Below are positions 1 to 11,193 of a DNA stretch of 64,000 bases, piece after piece. Under the pieces are notes generated by a model. The model saw only the letters and a list, made by a program, of their open reading frames with translations, made no database searches and was not told the origin of the DNA. Location: the NCBI GenBank assembly GCA_046290225.1, contig JBKAGE010000037.1:160001-224000 (forward strand), in the 5' to 3' direction. Position 1 is the stretch's first letter, and every line of letters begins with the position of its first letter. Made by a program: the position numbers and the translations under genes. This DNA is from Bradymonadia bacterium (GTDB taxonomy: Bacteria > Myxococcota_A > Bradymonadia > UBA7976 > UBA1532).

Positions 1-962
<962 letters not shown>

Positions 963-1253
963 CTATTTGAGATATCTCTGAACCAGCTCGACGGCCACCT
1001 CGATGCTGTCCTCCAACACAGGGCGGCCCTCATCATCTTCTGACCGTGCAAAGGGCCCGAGGGTCTCCCGCAGGTGACTCTCGAGCACCTCGGACATCAA
1101 CCCATTTACGGCACCGCGCAAGGCCGCGATTTGCTGCAGCACTTTGGCACAGGGCGTACCTGCGTCGACGGCGCGCTCCAGCGCCGCCGCCTGGCCTTGA
1201 ATACGTCGCAGGCGTTTGATCGCCTTTGCCTTTTCTTCAGGTGAGTACGGCAC
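963..1253 (-). CDS. frmR: Formaldehyde-sensing repressor, CsoR/RcnR family
   Basis: From GTG 1253 (GGAGG upstream): MPYSPEEKAKAIKRLRRIQGQ...GTPC...QQIAALRGAVNGLMSEVLESH. Pro2 and Cys35 match the FrmR formaldehyde-sensing pair; adjacent to frmA. Confidence 0.92.
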   Translation of the reverse strand: MPYSPEEKAKAIKRLRRIQGQAAALERAVDAGTPCAKVLQQIAALRGAVNGLMSEVLESHLRETLGPFARSEDDEGRPVLEDSIEVAVELVQRYLK

Positions 1254-1269
1254 TCTCCACCTCCCTAAC

Positions 1270-1286
1270 ATACTCCCCCCCAGTAT
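1270..1286. promoter_or_regulatory. FrmR/RcnR-type operator ATACT-C7-AGTAT
   Basis: Perfect 5-bp inverted repeat around a 7-C tract, 17 nt upstream of the frmR start; this is the typical CsoR/RcnR/FrmR operator layout. Confidence 0.85.
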
Positions 1287-1366
1287 CCAAACCCATTCGA
1301 GCGTAGGGGGTTTTTGAGGGGATTCCCCTCTGGCTGCACCGGCTCTGAGCCGGTATAACAAGCACG

Positions 1367-2395
1367 ATGTTCATCCGTGCTCCACTCTACATGGTTCTGG
1401 CCATGCTGATGCTCGTCAGCCCCACCATGGCTCAAACTCCGACCCCCGACGTCCAGCTGCACGAAGAAGCCCTGGACCTCTACCGACAAGGCCAGCGCGC
1501 TGATGCTTTGAAGAAAGCCCAAGGGGCCTATCAGGCCAAGCCACTGGCGAAGTACCTGCTCTTCATCAGCCGTCTGCAAGAAGAGCAGGGCCTGCTCGAA
1601 GAGGCCCATGAAAGCTGCGCGCTCTATTTGCGCAAATACGCCCAGGCCGAGAACAAGGGCGAGGCCGAAGAGTGTGCTCAACGGACTGAGGCTGTACTCG
1701 CCCGCCTCAAGCCCGAGATCACCATCACCACCACGCCCAAAGGCGCTCGCGTGTTCCTTGGGGGGCTGCTCCAAGAAGGCGCCACGCCCTGGACCGCGCG
1801 GATCGACCAGGGGCAGCACGAGGTGCGCATCCAGCTCGATGGGCACACGCCTGTGGAGACGCAGCTGCAGATCGATGCCGAGGGTCAGCGGCAATGGGAC
1901 TTCGAGCTGGTGCCCGCCGGCGCCCTGGCGCGTCTGACCTTTCGCCTCAGCGCCGAGGGCATGATCACCCGCCTCGACGGCAAAGTCATCGCAGATGGCC
2001 CCTTCCGGGGTGACAAGGCCATACCACCCGGGCAGCACACCGTGCGCTTCTCCTGTGGCGGTCAGGCCCAAGAGTCAGTCTTCACCCTCGCCCCCAAAGG
2101 CGCCCTCGAGGTGACCACGCCACGGGCCCTCGTGGCCAATGGCTGCGATCGCGCTACAGAGGTACCTTATGGCTGGCTCACCACCGGCCTTGGCGGGGCC
2201 ACCACCGGCGTCGGCGTAGGCCTCGCGCTTTCGGCGGCAGGCAATGACGGTGAGGGCATGGGGCTGGCCTATGTGGTCACGGGGGCTGGGGTGGCGTTGC
2301 TGGCCACAGGCATCTGGATGCTCTTGAGCGACGATGACACTACCGCATCACACTCTGGCGCTGATCAACCCGTCTTCGGCCTCTGGCGTTTCTGA
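1367..2395 (+). CDS. Secreted TPR-like + PEGA domain protein with C-terminal hydrophobic hairpin
   Basis: Signal peptide, helical repeat region, PEGA motif (ITTTPKGARVFL..GATP..GQHEVRI), Gly-rich hydrophobic C-terminus ending in F. Confidence 0.75.
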   Translation: MFIRAPLYMVLAMLMLVSPTMAQTPTPDVQLHEEALDLYRQGQRADALKKAQGAYQAKPLAKYLLFISRLQEEQGLLEEAHESCALYLRKYAQAENKGEAEECAQRTEAVLARLKPEITITTTPKGARVFLGGLLQEGATPWTARIDQGQHEVRIQLDGHTPVETQLQIDAEGQRQWDFELVPAGALARLTFRLSAEGMITRLDGKVIADGPFRGDKAIPPGQHTVRFSCGGQAQESVFTLAPKGALEVTTPRALVANGCDRATEVPYGWLTTGLGGATTGVGVGLALSAAGNDGEGMGLAYVVTGAGVALLATGIWMLLSDDDTTASHSGADQPVFGLWRF

Positions 2396-2416
2396 ACCAC
2401 TCACACGGATACAACC

Positions 2417-3241
2417 ATGTTCACAGCAGCCTGCGTACAGCTCCGGTGCACCACTGATCTCGAAGCCAACATCGCCACCACTGAGCGACTGATCCGCAAG
2501 GCCGCCAGCATGGGGGCCGCCCTGGTGGCCACCCCGGAGAACACCACCTACCTCGGCCCCCAGTTCCACAAGGTGGATCTCGCCGAGGGGGTCGATGGCC
2601 CGATGTCGCAGCGCTTCGCCGCGCTGGCCGACGAGCTGGGCATTCATCTGCTCATCGGCTCGATGCCCGAGCGCCGCTTCAATGACGACGGCACCCCCGA
2701 CATGGAGCGCTGCTACAACACCAGCCTGCTCTACGGGCCTGACGGCGAGCGCATCGCCACCTACCGCAAGATCCACCTGTTCGACGTCGACGTGCCCGGA
2801 GGCCTCACCATCCGCGAGTCGGACACGGTGCACGCTGGTGACGATGTCGTCGTGGCAGAGACCGCCCTGGGCCGCATCGGCATGACCATTTGTTACGATC
2901 TACGCTTCCCGGAGCACTACCGCGCCCTGGTAGACGCGGGCGCCGACGTCATCATGGTGCCCGCGGCCTTCACGCTCACCACCGGTAAGGATCACTGGCA
3001 CGCCCTGCTCCGGGCCCGGGCCATCGAGACGCAGTGCTGGGTCATGGCCCCGGCGCAGTGGGGCACCCACGACGCCGAGGGCAAGCGCAAGAGCTACGGG
3101 CACAGCGTCATCATCGACCCCTGGGGTACGGTGGTGGCCGACAAGGGCCATGGCGAGGGCATCACGCTGGCGGAGATCGACCCGGCCCGTACGGCCCAGG
3201 TGCGACAGTCGATCCCGGTGCGCAATCATCGGCGCATCTGA
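2417..3241 (+). CDS. Carbon-nitrogen hydrolase, Nit1-like (probable deaminated-glutathione amidase)
   Basis: Catalytic triad motifs TPEN, YRKIHLFD and ICYDLRFPE, plus TGKDHW..LRARAIETQC and SYGHS. Confidence 0.9.
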   Translation: MFTAACVQLRCTTDLEANIATTERLIRKAASMGAALVATPENTTYLGPQFHKVDLAEGVDGPMSQRFAALADELGIHLLIGSMPERRFNDDGTPDMERCYNTSLLYGPDGERIATYRKIHLFDVDVPGGLTIRESDTVHAGDDVVVAETALGRIGMTICYDLRFPEHYRALVDAGADVIMVPAAFTLTTGKDHWHALLRARAIETQCWVMAPAQWGTHDAEGKRKSYGHSVIIDPWGTVVADKGHGEGITLAEIDPARTAQVRQSIPVRNHRRI

Positions 3242-3400
3242 TAAACCTCATCTCTCGAATATGGCAGCTCTGCAACACTGAGAAGACGGTGAGATGTCAC
3301 CGAGATCTGTCTCACACCTGCCATTGACGCGACCCCACCCCCCTACGCACAATTCCCCCGATCTCTGCTCGCTCGTAGACAGATCCTCCAAGGAGCCACC

Positions 3401-6400
3401 ATGCGTACTCACTCACGCCGCGCCCTCTGGGTGATGGCCCTCGCCACCACCTTGTGGGCGTGCGACGACGCCGACACTGGCGACGGTGACACCCCCGCGT
3501 CGGACTCTGGCGCTGGCCGCGATATGCGGATTACGCCCGACATGCAGGTCATCGACACCCCCGATATGGAGGTGCCCGAGGCCGACATGGACACCCCTGA
3601 AGCCGATATGGACGTGCCAGAGCCGGACATGGAGGTCCCTGAGCCCGACATGGCGGTCGAAGCTGATATGGCGGTCGAAGCCGACATGGAAGTCGAGGCC
3701 GATATGGAGGCCCCCGAGCCTGACATGGAGGTCCCCGAGGCCGACATGGAGATGCCCGACATGGAGATCCCCGCCGAGCCCGGGCCTGGCGTCGGTGAGG
3801 TGGTCTTCACCGAGATCATGTACGACCCCCATGGCCCCCTCGATGACGCCACCGCCGAGTGGTTCGAGGTCCACAACACCCTCGACCGCGCTGTGGGCCT
3901 CGACGGCTGCACCATCGTCGATGGCACCCCCGAAAACGCAGAGGTCATCGAACACCTCACCATCCCCGCCAACGGCTATGCGGTCTTCGGCAAGAGCGAC
4001 GATCCCGCCCTCAATGGCGGCCTCGCACCGGACTACATCTTCAGCTTCGGCCTCAACAACAGCGGCGACTCGCTCACCCTCGACTGTGATGATCAGATCA
4101 TCGACACAGTGGCGTACGACGACGAGGCCCCCTGGCCCATCGACGCCCGGCAGCAGTCCATCAAGGTGCCCACCGATCTGCAGGGCGCCAATGATGACGG
4201 CGCCAACTGGTGCTACAGCGACACGCCGTACTTCGAGCCCGAGGGCGACGCCGCCGCTGTACACCGCGGTACCCCCGGTGCAGCCAACCCCGAGTGTCCG
4301 CCCCCTGACGTGACCATCGACCTCTGCCGACTGCAGCGACCCCTCGACGTACAGGGCGACGCAGGTACCGAGCTCACCGTCGCTGGTCGGGTCTTCGAGG
4401 CCGGTGTCACCGATCGCTCCCCTCAGATCGACGCCTTCGACGGTCTGCGAGCCGAGGTGGGCTATGGCCCCGACGCCAGCGATCCTGATGGGAACCCGGC
4501 GTGGATCTGGGCCTTGGCAGCGCCGGCACCCATGTGGGACGACATGGTCGCTGGTGAGGCAGGCTTCGACGAGTACCAGGGCACCTTCATGGTGCCCGGG
4601 GCCGGCAGTTATGACTTCGCCGTGCGCTTCACCAAAGACGACGGCGCTACCTGGCTCTACTGCGATCGCGACGCCGGCGAGGGCGCTGACGGCTCGGAGA
4701 ACGGCTATCAGCCCGAGAACGCCGGGCAGCTCACCAGCGTGGACAGCCCCTGTGACAACTTCATCTGCGACACGCCTCCTCCCCAGGCGTGCAACTTCGA
4801 CGGTGTCACTGCCGTGGGCTACGAGCCTGTGGGCCAGTGCGAGGTGGTGGACGGCAACGCCGAGTGTGCTTACACCCAGGTGCTCACGGATTGTAGCCTC
4901 GACGGCGGTACCTGCCGCGGCGGCGCCTGCGTCGGCGGCGCGCCTCAGCCTGGTGCAGGCGATGTGATCATCACCGAGATCATGTACGACCCCCACACGG
5001 CCCTCGCCGACGGCGACGCGGAGTGGTTCGAGGTGCGCAACGTCTCCGACGCTCGGGTCACCCTCAACGGCTGCACCATCGTCGACGGTACCCCTGCGAA
5101 CCTCGAGGAGGTGGTCGGGGTGGTCATCGAGCCCGGCGATTACGCGCTCTTCGTCGCCAGTGACGACGCCGCTCTCAACGGCGGCCTCGTAGCCGACGCC
5201 ACCTTCAACTTCGGCCTGAACAACACCGGCGACACCATCACCCTCAGCTGCGGTGACGTCGTCATCGACTCTGTGGTGTACGACGACGAAGCGCCCTGGC
5301 CTCTGGACGCTCAGCAGCAGAGCATCCAGCTCGACGGCGCCCTGCCTGCCCCCGATGCCGAGGGCAACGACAACGCAGGGGCCTGGTGCTACGCCGACGA
5401 GGTGTACTTCGACGCTGGCGGTGATCCTGCCGGCGCGCACCGAGGCACCCCCGGCGCCGCCAACCCCGCGTGCCCGATCCCTGATCCGTGTGATCCCAAC
5501 CCCTGTGTCGAGCCCCCGGCGCCCTTCTGTGACGGTGACACAGCAGTCACTGCCGCCAACCCGGGCAGCTGCGAGAACGTCGCCGGCGCTGCCGAGTGCA
5601 CATACGAGGAGATCCGCACCCCCTGTGAAGGCGGCGACGTGTGTCAGGCCGGGGCCTGCGTGCCCCCCGATATTCGGGCCCCCATCGCCGGCGAGATCAT
5701 CTTTACCGAGATCATGTACGACCCCCATGGCCCCCTCAGCGACGACAACGCCGAGTGGTTCGAGATCCACAACACCACCGACGAAGCCCTCGATCTCTCC
5801 ACCTGCAGCGCCGCGGTGAACGCCAACAGCGTCGAGGTCGGCGCCCAGGTCATCGACGCCGGGGGCTATATGCTCTTCGTGAAGTCGAACGATGCGGGTC
5901 TCAACGGCGGCCTCGTGCCCGACGTGGTCTTCGACTTCGCCGTGGGCAACAGCGGCGCCACCATCACCTTCACCTGTGGTGATGTCACCATCAACGAGGT
6001 GGTGTACGACGACGCTGCGCCCTGGCCCTCGGACGCGCGCCGCCACAGCGTCAGCCTCGACCCGGCTGCCCTCACCGCCGCCGCCAACGTCGACGGGGCC
6101 AACTGGTGCTACGGCCGTGGCGTGTACTACGACGACGCCAACGCCTCGGCGGACGATCACCAGGGCACCCCCGGTGCCGCCAACCTGCCTTGTGACGACG
6201 CCGTCGACTTCTGCCGGCTGCAGTTCCCCCTCGAGATCTCCGAAGAGGTCGGTGCCACAGTGACTGTGTACGGCCGCGTCTACGAGATGGGCCAGACCGA
6301 TCGCAGCACCGGGGTCGACGCGAGCCAGCTGGTCTTCGGTCAGCTGGGCTATGGCCCCGATGGCAGTGAGCCTTCTGACAACGCCGACTGGATCTGGACC

Positions 6401-8431
6401 TTCGCCATCGCCAACGCAGGCTGGGATGGCGCGGCGGCCGGCGAGGCCGACAACGACGAGTACCAGGCCGATCTGGTTGTGCCCGAGATCGGCGTCTACG
6501 ACTACGCCTATCGCTTCACCGCCGATGGCGGCCGCACCTGGACTTACTGCGACGGCCAGCCCGAGGGCAGCAGCAACGGCTACGCCCCTGGCGACGCCGG
6601 CCAGCTCACCAGCAACGCCCCAGTGATGCCCTGCGATCCGAACCCCTGCGTGAACCCCCCGGCGCCGGAGTGCGCCGACGACGGCACGGTGCGCACCTTC
6701 GCCGACGTGGGCACCTGCGAGGTGGTGAACGACGCCGCGGAGTGCACCTACGCAGAAGAGCTCACAGCCTGTGAGGCGGTGGTCGAGAGCTGCGTTGCCG
6801 GTGCCTGCCAGCCTGCAGGTGGCCGCGCCCCTGCCGCCGGTGAGCTGCGCGTCACCGAGATCATGTACGACCCGCACGATGTCCTCGAAGAGGACAACGC
6901 CGAGTGGTTCGAGGTCTACAACACCACCGACGAGCTCATCGATCTGTCGGGCTGCACCCTGGTGGACAACGCAGAAGGCAACGCCGAGATCATCGGCGCT
7001 CTGACTCTGGCCCCGAGCAGCTACTCGCTCTTCGTCCGCAGCGACGACGTCAACGTCAACGGCGGCCTCGACGCTGATTACGTCTTCGGCTTCGCCCTCA
7101 ACAACGGCGGCGACGACATCACCCTGACCTGCGGTGGTGTGGAGATCTTCTCGGTGACTTACGACGACGCCGATCCGTGGCCCGTCGACGCTCAGCGCAG
7201 CAGCATCAGCCTCGACATCGACGCCGTGACGAGTGGTGTGGGCATCACCGACGCCAGCAACTGGTGCTACGCCCAGGATGACGACGTGTACTACGAGCAA
7301 CCTGGCAATGACTTCAGCGTACACCGGGGGACGCCTGGGCTCGCCAACCCCTACTGCCCCACCCCGGTGGACTTCTGCCGCCTGCAGTTCCCCACCGATC
7401 TGCAAACGAACGCCGGCGACGCCACCACCTTCTACGGGCGCCTCTATCAGGAAGGCATCACCGATCAGAGCCCCCAGAACGACGCCTCCCCACGGGTCAT
7501 GGGTCAGCTGGGCTATGGCCCCGATGGCAGCCTGCCCGAGGACAACGCCGACTGGACCTGGCAGGACGCGGTGCCCAACCCTGGCTGGAACGGCGCCGAC
7601 GTCGGCGAGGCCAACAACGACGAGTACCAGTCCGAACTGATCGCCCCGGCGAACGGCACCTATGACACCGCCTTCCGCTTCACCGCCGACGGCGGCATCA
7701 CCTGGACTTACTGCGATGGTGACGATCCGGGGAACACCAACGGCTACTCTGTAGATGCTGCGGGCAACCTGCAGGTGGGCGAGCCTCTTGTGGCCTTCAC
7801 CACCGAAGAGGTCCGGGCCATCTATGGCCAGGCCTGTGGCGGCTGTCACACCAATGGCGGTGCCAGTGGCGGGTTGAACCTCGATGACGACGAGGCCAAC
7901 ACGTTCAACGTGCCCAGCAGCGACATCGCTGGGATGGATCTCATCGAGCCCGGGGATCGCAACAACAGCTACATCTATCACAAGGTGGCCGGCACCCATC
8001 TCGACATGGGCGTGGGCGGTGCCGGCAGCCAGATGCCCCGAGGCGGGCCCTTCTTCACCGCTGACGAGATCGAGCGCTTCGGCCTCTGGATCGACGCCCT
8101 GCCCGTGGTGGGCCCAGAGCCCTTCACCACTGCAGAGGTGCAGACGCTCTACAACCAGAACTGTAGCGGGTGCCACACCAACGGCGGCGCCAGCGGCGGT
8201 CTGAACCTCGACGACGCAGAGGCCAGCACGGTCAACGTGCCCAGCAACGACATCGCCGGGATGGATCTCATCGAGCCCGGTGATCGCGACAGCAGCTACA
8301 TTTACCGCAAAGTCGTCGGCACCCACCTCGACGCCGGTGGCTCAGGCGGTCAGATGCCCCTGGGGCGGGCCCCCCTCAGCGATGAGGATCTTGAGCGTTT
8401 CGGCCTCTGGATCGACAGCCTGCTGCCCTGA
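3401..8431 (+). CDS. Very large lipoprotein: 4 lamin-tail domains, 3 Ig-like repeats, Cys-rich linkers, 2 C-terminal monoheme cytochrome c domains
   Basis: AAGGAG RBS; lipobox LWAC; four TEIMYDP..EWFE..N repeats; three DxCRLQxP..GYGPDxS..DEYQ..RFTxDxGxTWxYCD repeats; CGGCH (7835) and CSGCH (8162), each followed by a QMP motif. Confidence 0.85.
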   Translation: MRTHSRRALWVMALATTLWACDDADTGDGDTPASDSGAGRDMRITPDMQVIDTPDMEVPEADMDTPEADMDVPEPDMEVPEPDMAVEADMAVEADMEVEADMEAPEPDMEVPEADMEMPDMEIPAEPGPGVGEVVFTEIMYDPHGPLDDATAEWFEVHNTLDRAVGLDGCTIVDGTPENAEVIEHLTIPANGYAVFGKSDDPALNGGLAPDYIFSFGLNNSGDSLTLDCDDQIIDTVAYDDEAPWPIDARQQSIKVPTDLQGANDDGANWCYSDTPYFEPEGDAAAVHRGTPGAANPECPPPDVTIDLCRLQRPLDVQGDAGTELTVAGRVFEAGVTDRSPQIDAFDGLRAEVGYGPDASDPDGNPAWIWALAAPAPMWDDMVAGEAGFDEYQGTFMVPGAGSYDFAVRFTKDDGATWLYCDRDAGEGADGSENGYQPENAGQLTSVDSPCDNFICDTPPPQACNFDGVTAVGYEPVGQCEVVDGNAECAYTQVLTDCSLDGGTCRGGACVGGAPQPGAGDVIITEIMYDPHTALADGDAEWFEVRNVSDARVTLNGCTIVDGTPANLEEVVGVVIEPGDYALFVASDDAALNGGLVADATFNFGLNNTGDTITLSCGDVVIDSVVYDDEAPWPLDAQQQSIQLDGALPAPDAEGNDNAGAWCYADEVYFDAGGDPAGAHRGTPGAANPACPIPDPCDPNPCVEPPAPFCDGDTAVTAANPGSCENVAGAAECTYEEIRTPCEGGDVCQAGACVPPDIRAPIAGEIIFTEIMYDPHGPLSDDNAEWFEIHNTTDEALDLSTCSAAVNANSVEVGAQVIDAGGYMLFVKSNDAGLNGGLVPDVVFDFAVGNSGATITFTCGDVTINEVVYDDAAPWPSDARRHSVSLDPAALTAAANVDGANWCYGRGVYYDDANASADDHQGTPGAANLPCDDAVDFCRLQFPLEISEEVGATVTVYGRVYEMGQTDRSTGVDASQLVFGQLGYGPDGSEPSDNADWIWTFAIANAGWDGAAAGEADNDEYQADLVVPEIGVYDYAYRFTADGGRTWTYCDGQPEGSSNGYAPGDAGQLTSNAPVMPCDPNPCVNPPAPECADDGTVRTFADVGTCEVVNDAAECTYAEELTACEAVVESCVAGACQPAGGRAPAAGELRVTEIMYDPHDVLEEDNAEWFEVYNTTDELIDLSGCTLVDNAEGNAEIIGALTLAPSSYSLFVRSDDVNVNGGLDADYVFGFALNNGGDDITLTCGGVEIFSVTYDDADPWPVDAQRSSISLDIDAVTSGVGITDASNWCYAQDDDVYYEQPGNDFSVHRGTPGLANPYCPTPVDFCRLQFPTDLQTNAGDATTFYGRLYQEGITDQSPQNDASPRVMGQLGYGPDGSLPEDNADWTWQDAVPNPGWNGADVGEANNDEYQSELIAPANGTYDTAFRFTADGGITWTYCDGDDPGNTNGYSVDAAGNLQVGEPLVAFTTEEVRAIYGQACGGCHTNGGASGGLNLDDDEANTFNVPSSDIAGMDLIEPGDRNNSYIYHKVAGTHLDMGVGGAGSQMPRGGPFFTADEIERFGLWIDALPVVGPEPFTTAEVQTLYNQNCSGCHTNGGASGGLNLDDAEASTVNVPSNDIAGMDLIEPGDRDSSYIYRKVVGTHLDAGGSGGQMPLGRAPLSDEDLERFGLWIDSLLP
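3524..3770 (+). repeat. Coding tandem repeats (D-M-E/A-V-P-E-A/P), acidic Met-rich linker
   Basis: Repeated GACATGG/GATATGG units about every 15-21 nt. Confidence 0.8.
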
Positions 8432-8440
8432 TCCCCCAGC

Positions 8441-9625
8441 TCAACCCACCTTCTGGCCGGCAGTGAGCGTGATCACCGCGATCTCTGCCGGCACCCCCAC
8501 CCGCATCGGCGGCCCCCAGTAGCCTGTGCCCGGGTGCACGTAGATCCAGGTCTTGTCGCGGTGCTTGTGCAGCCCCTGCACATAGGGCTGTACCAGCCCC
8601 ACGATGAACCGGAACGGCCAGAGCTGCCCGCCGTGGGTGTGCCCGCTGAGCACGAGGCTCATGCCCTTGTCGGTGGCGTCGTGGATCGCTCGGGGCTGAT
8701 GGGCCAGCAAGATCGAAGGGCGAGAGGCGTCACGGCCAGCGATGGCCCCAGCGAGATCGTGACCATGGCCGGGCCCTCGAGACATCCAATCGTGCACCCC
8801 GATCACGTCGAGGGCCGCCCCATCACGGGTGATCTCCATCCGGCGGTTGCCCAACACCTCGATGCCCAGCGAGGTCAGGAAACGCATCCACGAGGTCACC
8901 CCAGAGTAGTACTCGTGGTTGCCCGTGCAGAAGAAGGTGCCGTGGGCGCTCTTCAACTCTCCGAGGGGGGCTACGTGCTCCCCGAGCTGAGACACTGAGC
9001 CGTCGACGAGATCACCTGTAATGGCCACCATGTCGACGTTGAGTGCGTTGATGCGGCTCACCAGATCGCGGATGAAGTCGCCCTTGATGGTGGGCCCCAC
9101 GTGGATGTCGGAGACCTGGGCGATGGTGAAGCCCTCGAAGGCCGGCGGCAGGTTGTCGATGGGCACCGTGATGCGCTGTAGCCGAGGGGGCGAGAGCGCA
9201 GTGGACACACCCGCAGCAGCGGCGCCACCCACGCCGAGGGCGGTCACCGTCGCCGCCCCTCGGGTCAAGGCCAGACGCCGTTGTGGGTCAGGCAGCCCCT
9301 CGTCGCCCCGCTTGCCTCTCAGACGCCGGACGATGCGAAAGAGCAACCGTCCAACCTCGATGGGCAAGAGCACCATGAGGGCCAGCGACACCACCCCGAA
9401 CCACGTATACGTCACGAAAGCTGTGGTCTCGCCACCGCCGAAGAAGCGGCTGAAGACGATGCCCCCCAGCGTGCCCGCGCACATCAACGCCAGAAACACC
9501 GCCCCGACCCGAAGCAGCGCTTTTCGTGGCTGAACATCACGAATCAAACGGCGATAGATGAGCAGGTGAACCGAGACGAGGAGCACCACGAGGATGCTGG
9601 CGAAGAGGATGTAGCGCAGACTCAT
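8441..9625 (-). CDS. Membrane-bound metallophosphoesterase (YkuE-like)
   Basis: N-terminal TM helices; motifs SDIH, GDLVD, GNHE, LAHQP and GHTHGGQ. Confidence 0.92.
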   Translation of the reverse strand: MSLRYILFASILVVLLVSVHLLIYRRLIRDVQPRKALLRVGAVFLALMCAGTLGGIVFSRFFGGGETTAFVTYTWFGVVSLALMVLLPIEVGRLLFRIVRRLRGKRGDEGLPDPQRRLALTRGAATVTALGVGGAAAAGVSTALSPPRLQRITVPIDNLPPAFEGFTIAQVSDIHVGPTIKGDFIRDLVSRINALNVDMVAITGDLVDGSVSQLGEHVAPLGELKSAHGTFFCTGNHEYYSGVTSWMRFLTSLGIEVLGNRRMEITRDGAALDVIGVHDWMSRGPGHGHDLAGAIAGRDASRPSILLAHQPRAIHDATDKGMSLVLSGHTHGGQLWPFRFIVGLVQPYVQGLHKHRDKTWIYVHPGTGYWGPPMRVGVPAEIAVITLTAGQKVG

Positions 9626-9655
9626 GCAGACACTTTCGAGTGTGAGGCTCGAGCC

Positions 9656-10969
9656 TCAGCGGAATTTAAAGACCGCCCCGCCCTCAGACCCTGTGCCCGC
9701 CACCACGATGCGCTCCAGGGCCAGATCGAGGACCTGTACGCCGCTGGCGAGGGAGAGGGCCACAAAGCGCCCGTCGGGGCTCATGGATCCATCGAGCACG
9801 GGCTCGGCGATGTAATCGGTCAGCTCGGTGATCGCGCCAGAGGCCAGCTCAACGATGTGGCCTTCTCCGGTGGGGGTGCCGCATTCATCCACAGTGAGCA
9901 CCAGGGCCCGTACACCCAGGGCATCAGGCCGCACGCGGTGCGGATCCCTGCCGGTGTCGGCCACCGGGTAGCTCTCCCCGGACTCGACGTCGTACCAGGT
10001 GGTCTGCATCGAGTAGTTGAGGGGCACGCCGGGGCAGGCGATGGACTGCTTCTCTTCGAGCAGCACCCCGTTGGGGCCCACCAGGCGGGCATCGAAGATG
10101 CGATCGAAGGGCACTTGGGGCAGCGGGATCTCGATGGCAAAGCCAGGATCAGCCACGTCGTGGAGCACCGCCACCTCGTCGAGGCCGAAGTTCTTGGGGA
10201 TCACCAGGACCCGCTGGCCATACACACCGCCGATACGCCCAGGGCCGAGATCGCGGCTCTGCCCGGCAGTGTTCACGTATTCGACGAGGTTCTCCCGATC
10301 GAAGATCTCGGCCACCACCCCAGCGCCCACGGGGCCCACAGTGTGCGGGTTGTTCCCTGAGATGATCTCCTCGGTGCCGCCGAAGACCGACCAGAGCACC
10401 TTGATCGGCCCTCGATCGAGCAACAGCGCCTCGTTGCCGGCGAAGTCGAGCACGCCCAGCGCCGGCACCATGCTCACCACGTTGCCGCCGCCGTCGGCGA
10501 GGATCACCATGTCCTCGGCCTCGGAGATGGGGCCGAGATAGGCGACGAAGTTGCCGTCAGGCGAAATTTGGGGGCCGCCCTCCACCTGAGGGCGCCACTC
10601 CATGTACTCCTGGTTGATGTCGAGCAGATCGAAGAAGAACAGCTTGAGGGGCTGCTCTTCGTCATTGGGCACGCACAAGGCGTAGCGGCCGATCTCGTCC
10701 ACCTCCACCGTAGAGTCTTCGCAGATCATGCGAGCCTCAGTGCCCGCGGCGCTCGCCAGCCAGACATCGTCTCCGATCCGGTAGTAGAGGTACTGCGACG
10801 CCCCCGGATCGCCCTGCAGACCCGCGTCCGGGTCTTCATTGCATTCGAAGGGGTTGTCGCACCCGCTGCCGGCGGCATCGGTGTCCTCTTCGAGGGGGGT
10901 GGCGCACCCGCCCAGAATCAACCCCCCCAGAATCAAAGGCCCCAGCAGCAACGCGTTCATGCCCTTCAT
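9656..10969 (-). CDS. Lipoprotein, probable TolB-like beta-propeller
   Basis: Start MKGMNALL.. with GAGG RBS; lipobox LGGC; ISPDGNFVA and MSPDGRFVA repeats. Confidence 0.65.
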   Translation of the reverse strand: MKGMNALLLGPLILGGLILGGCATPLEEDTDAAGSGCDNPFECNEDPDAGLQGDPGASQYLYYRIGDDVWLASAAGTEARMICEDSTVEVDEIGRYALCVPNDEEQPLKLFFFDLLDINQEYMEWRPQVEGGPQISPDGNFVAYLGPISEAEDMVILADGGGNVVSMVPALGVLDFAGNEALLLDRGPIKVLWSVFGGTEEIISGNNPHTVGPVGAGVVAEIFDRENLVEYVNTAGQSRDLGPGRIGGVYGQRVLVIPKNFGLDEVAVLHDVADPGFAIEIPLPQVPFDRIFDARLVGPNGVLLEEKQSIACPGVPLNYSMQTTWYDVESGESYPVADTGRDPHRVRPDALGVRALVLTVDECGTPTGEGHIVELASGAITELTDYIAEPVLDGSMSPDGRFVALSLASGVQVLDLALERIVVAGTGSEGGAVFKFR

Positions 10970-11193
10970 CTCGACCTCAGCTCGTTCGTTCGCGTCACCA
11001 CGCCCTCTACTCTGACGAGGAGAGGTTGCGGTGAGGGACTCTTTGTACAGAATGCCGGAGTAACGGCTCAAATGAGCGTGCTCAAATCGCACACGCTCAA
11101 ATCGAGTCCATACTGAATACCAGGACGGGGTCGCCGTCAGAGGCCGCCGCTCACCACCCTGCCATCACTCACTCTCGGGGGAGAACGTACACC

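Noticed and set aside
3320..3355. TTGACG -35-like hexamer upstream of the giant lipoprotein gene
   Set aside because: No convincing -10 element at the right spacing; too weak to call.
3413..8326. 1637-aa minus-strand ORF
   Set aside because: Antisense shadow of the codon-biased plus-strand gene; no recognisable motifs.
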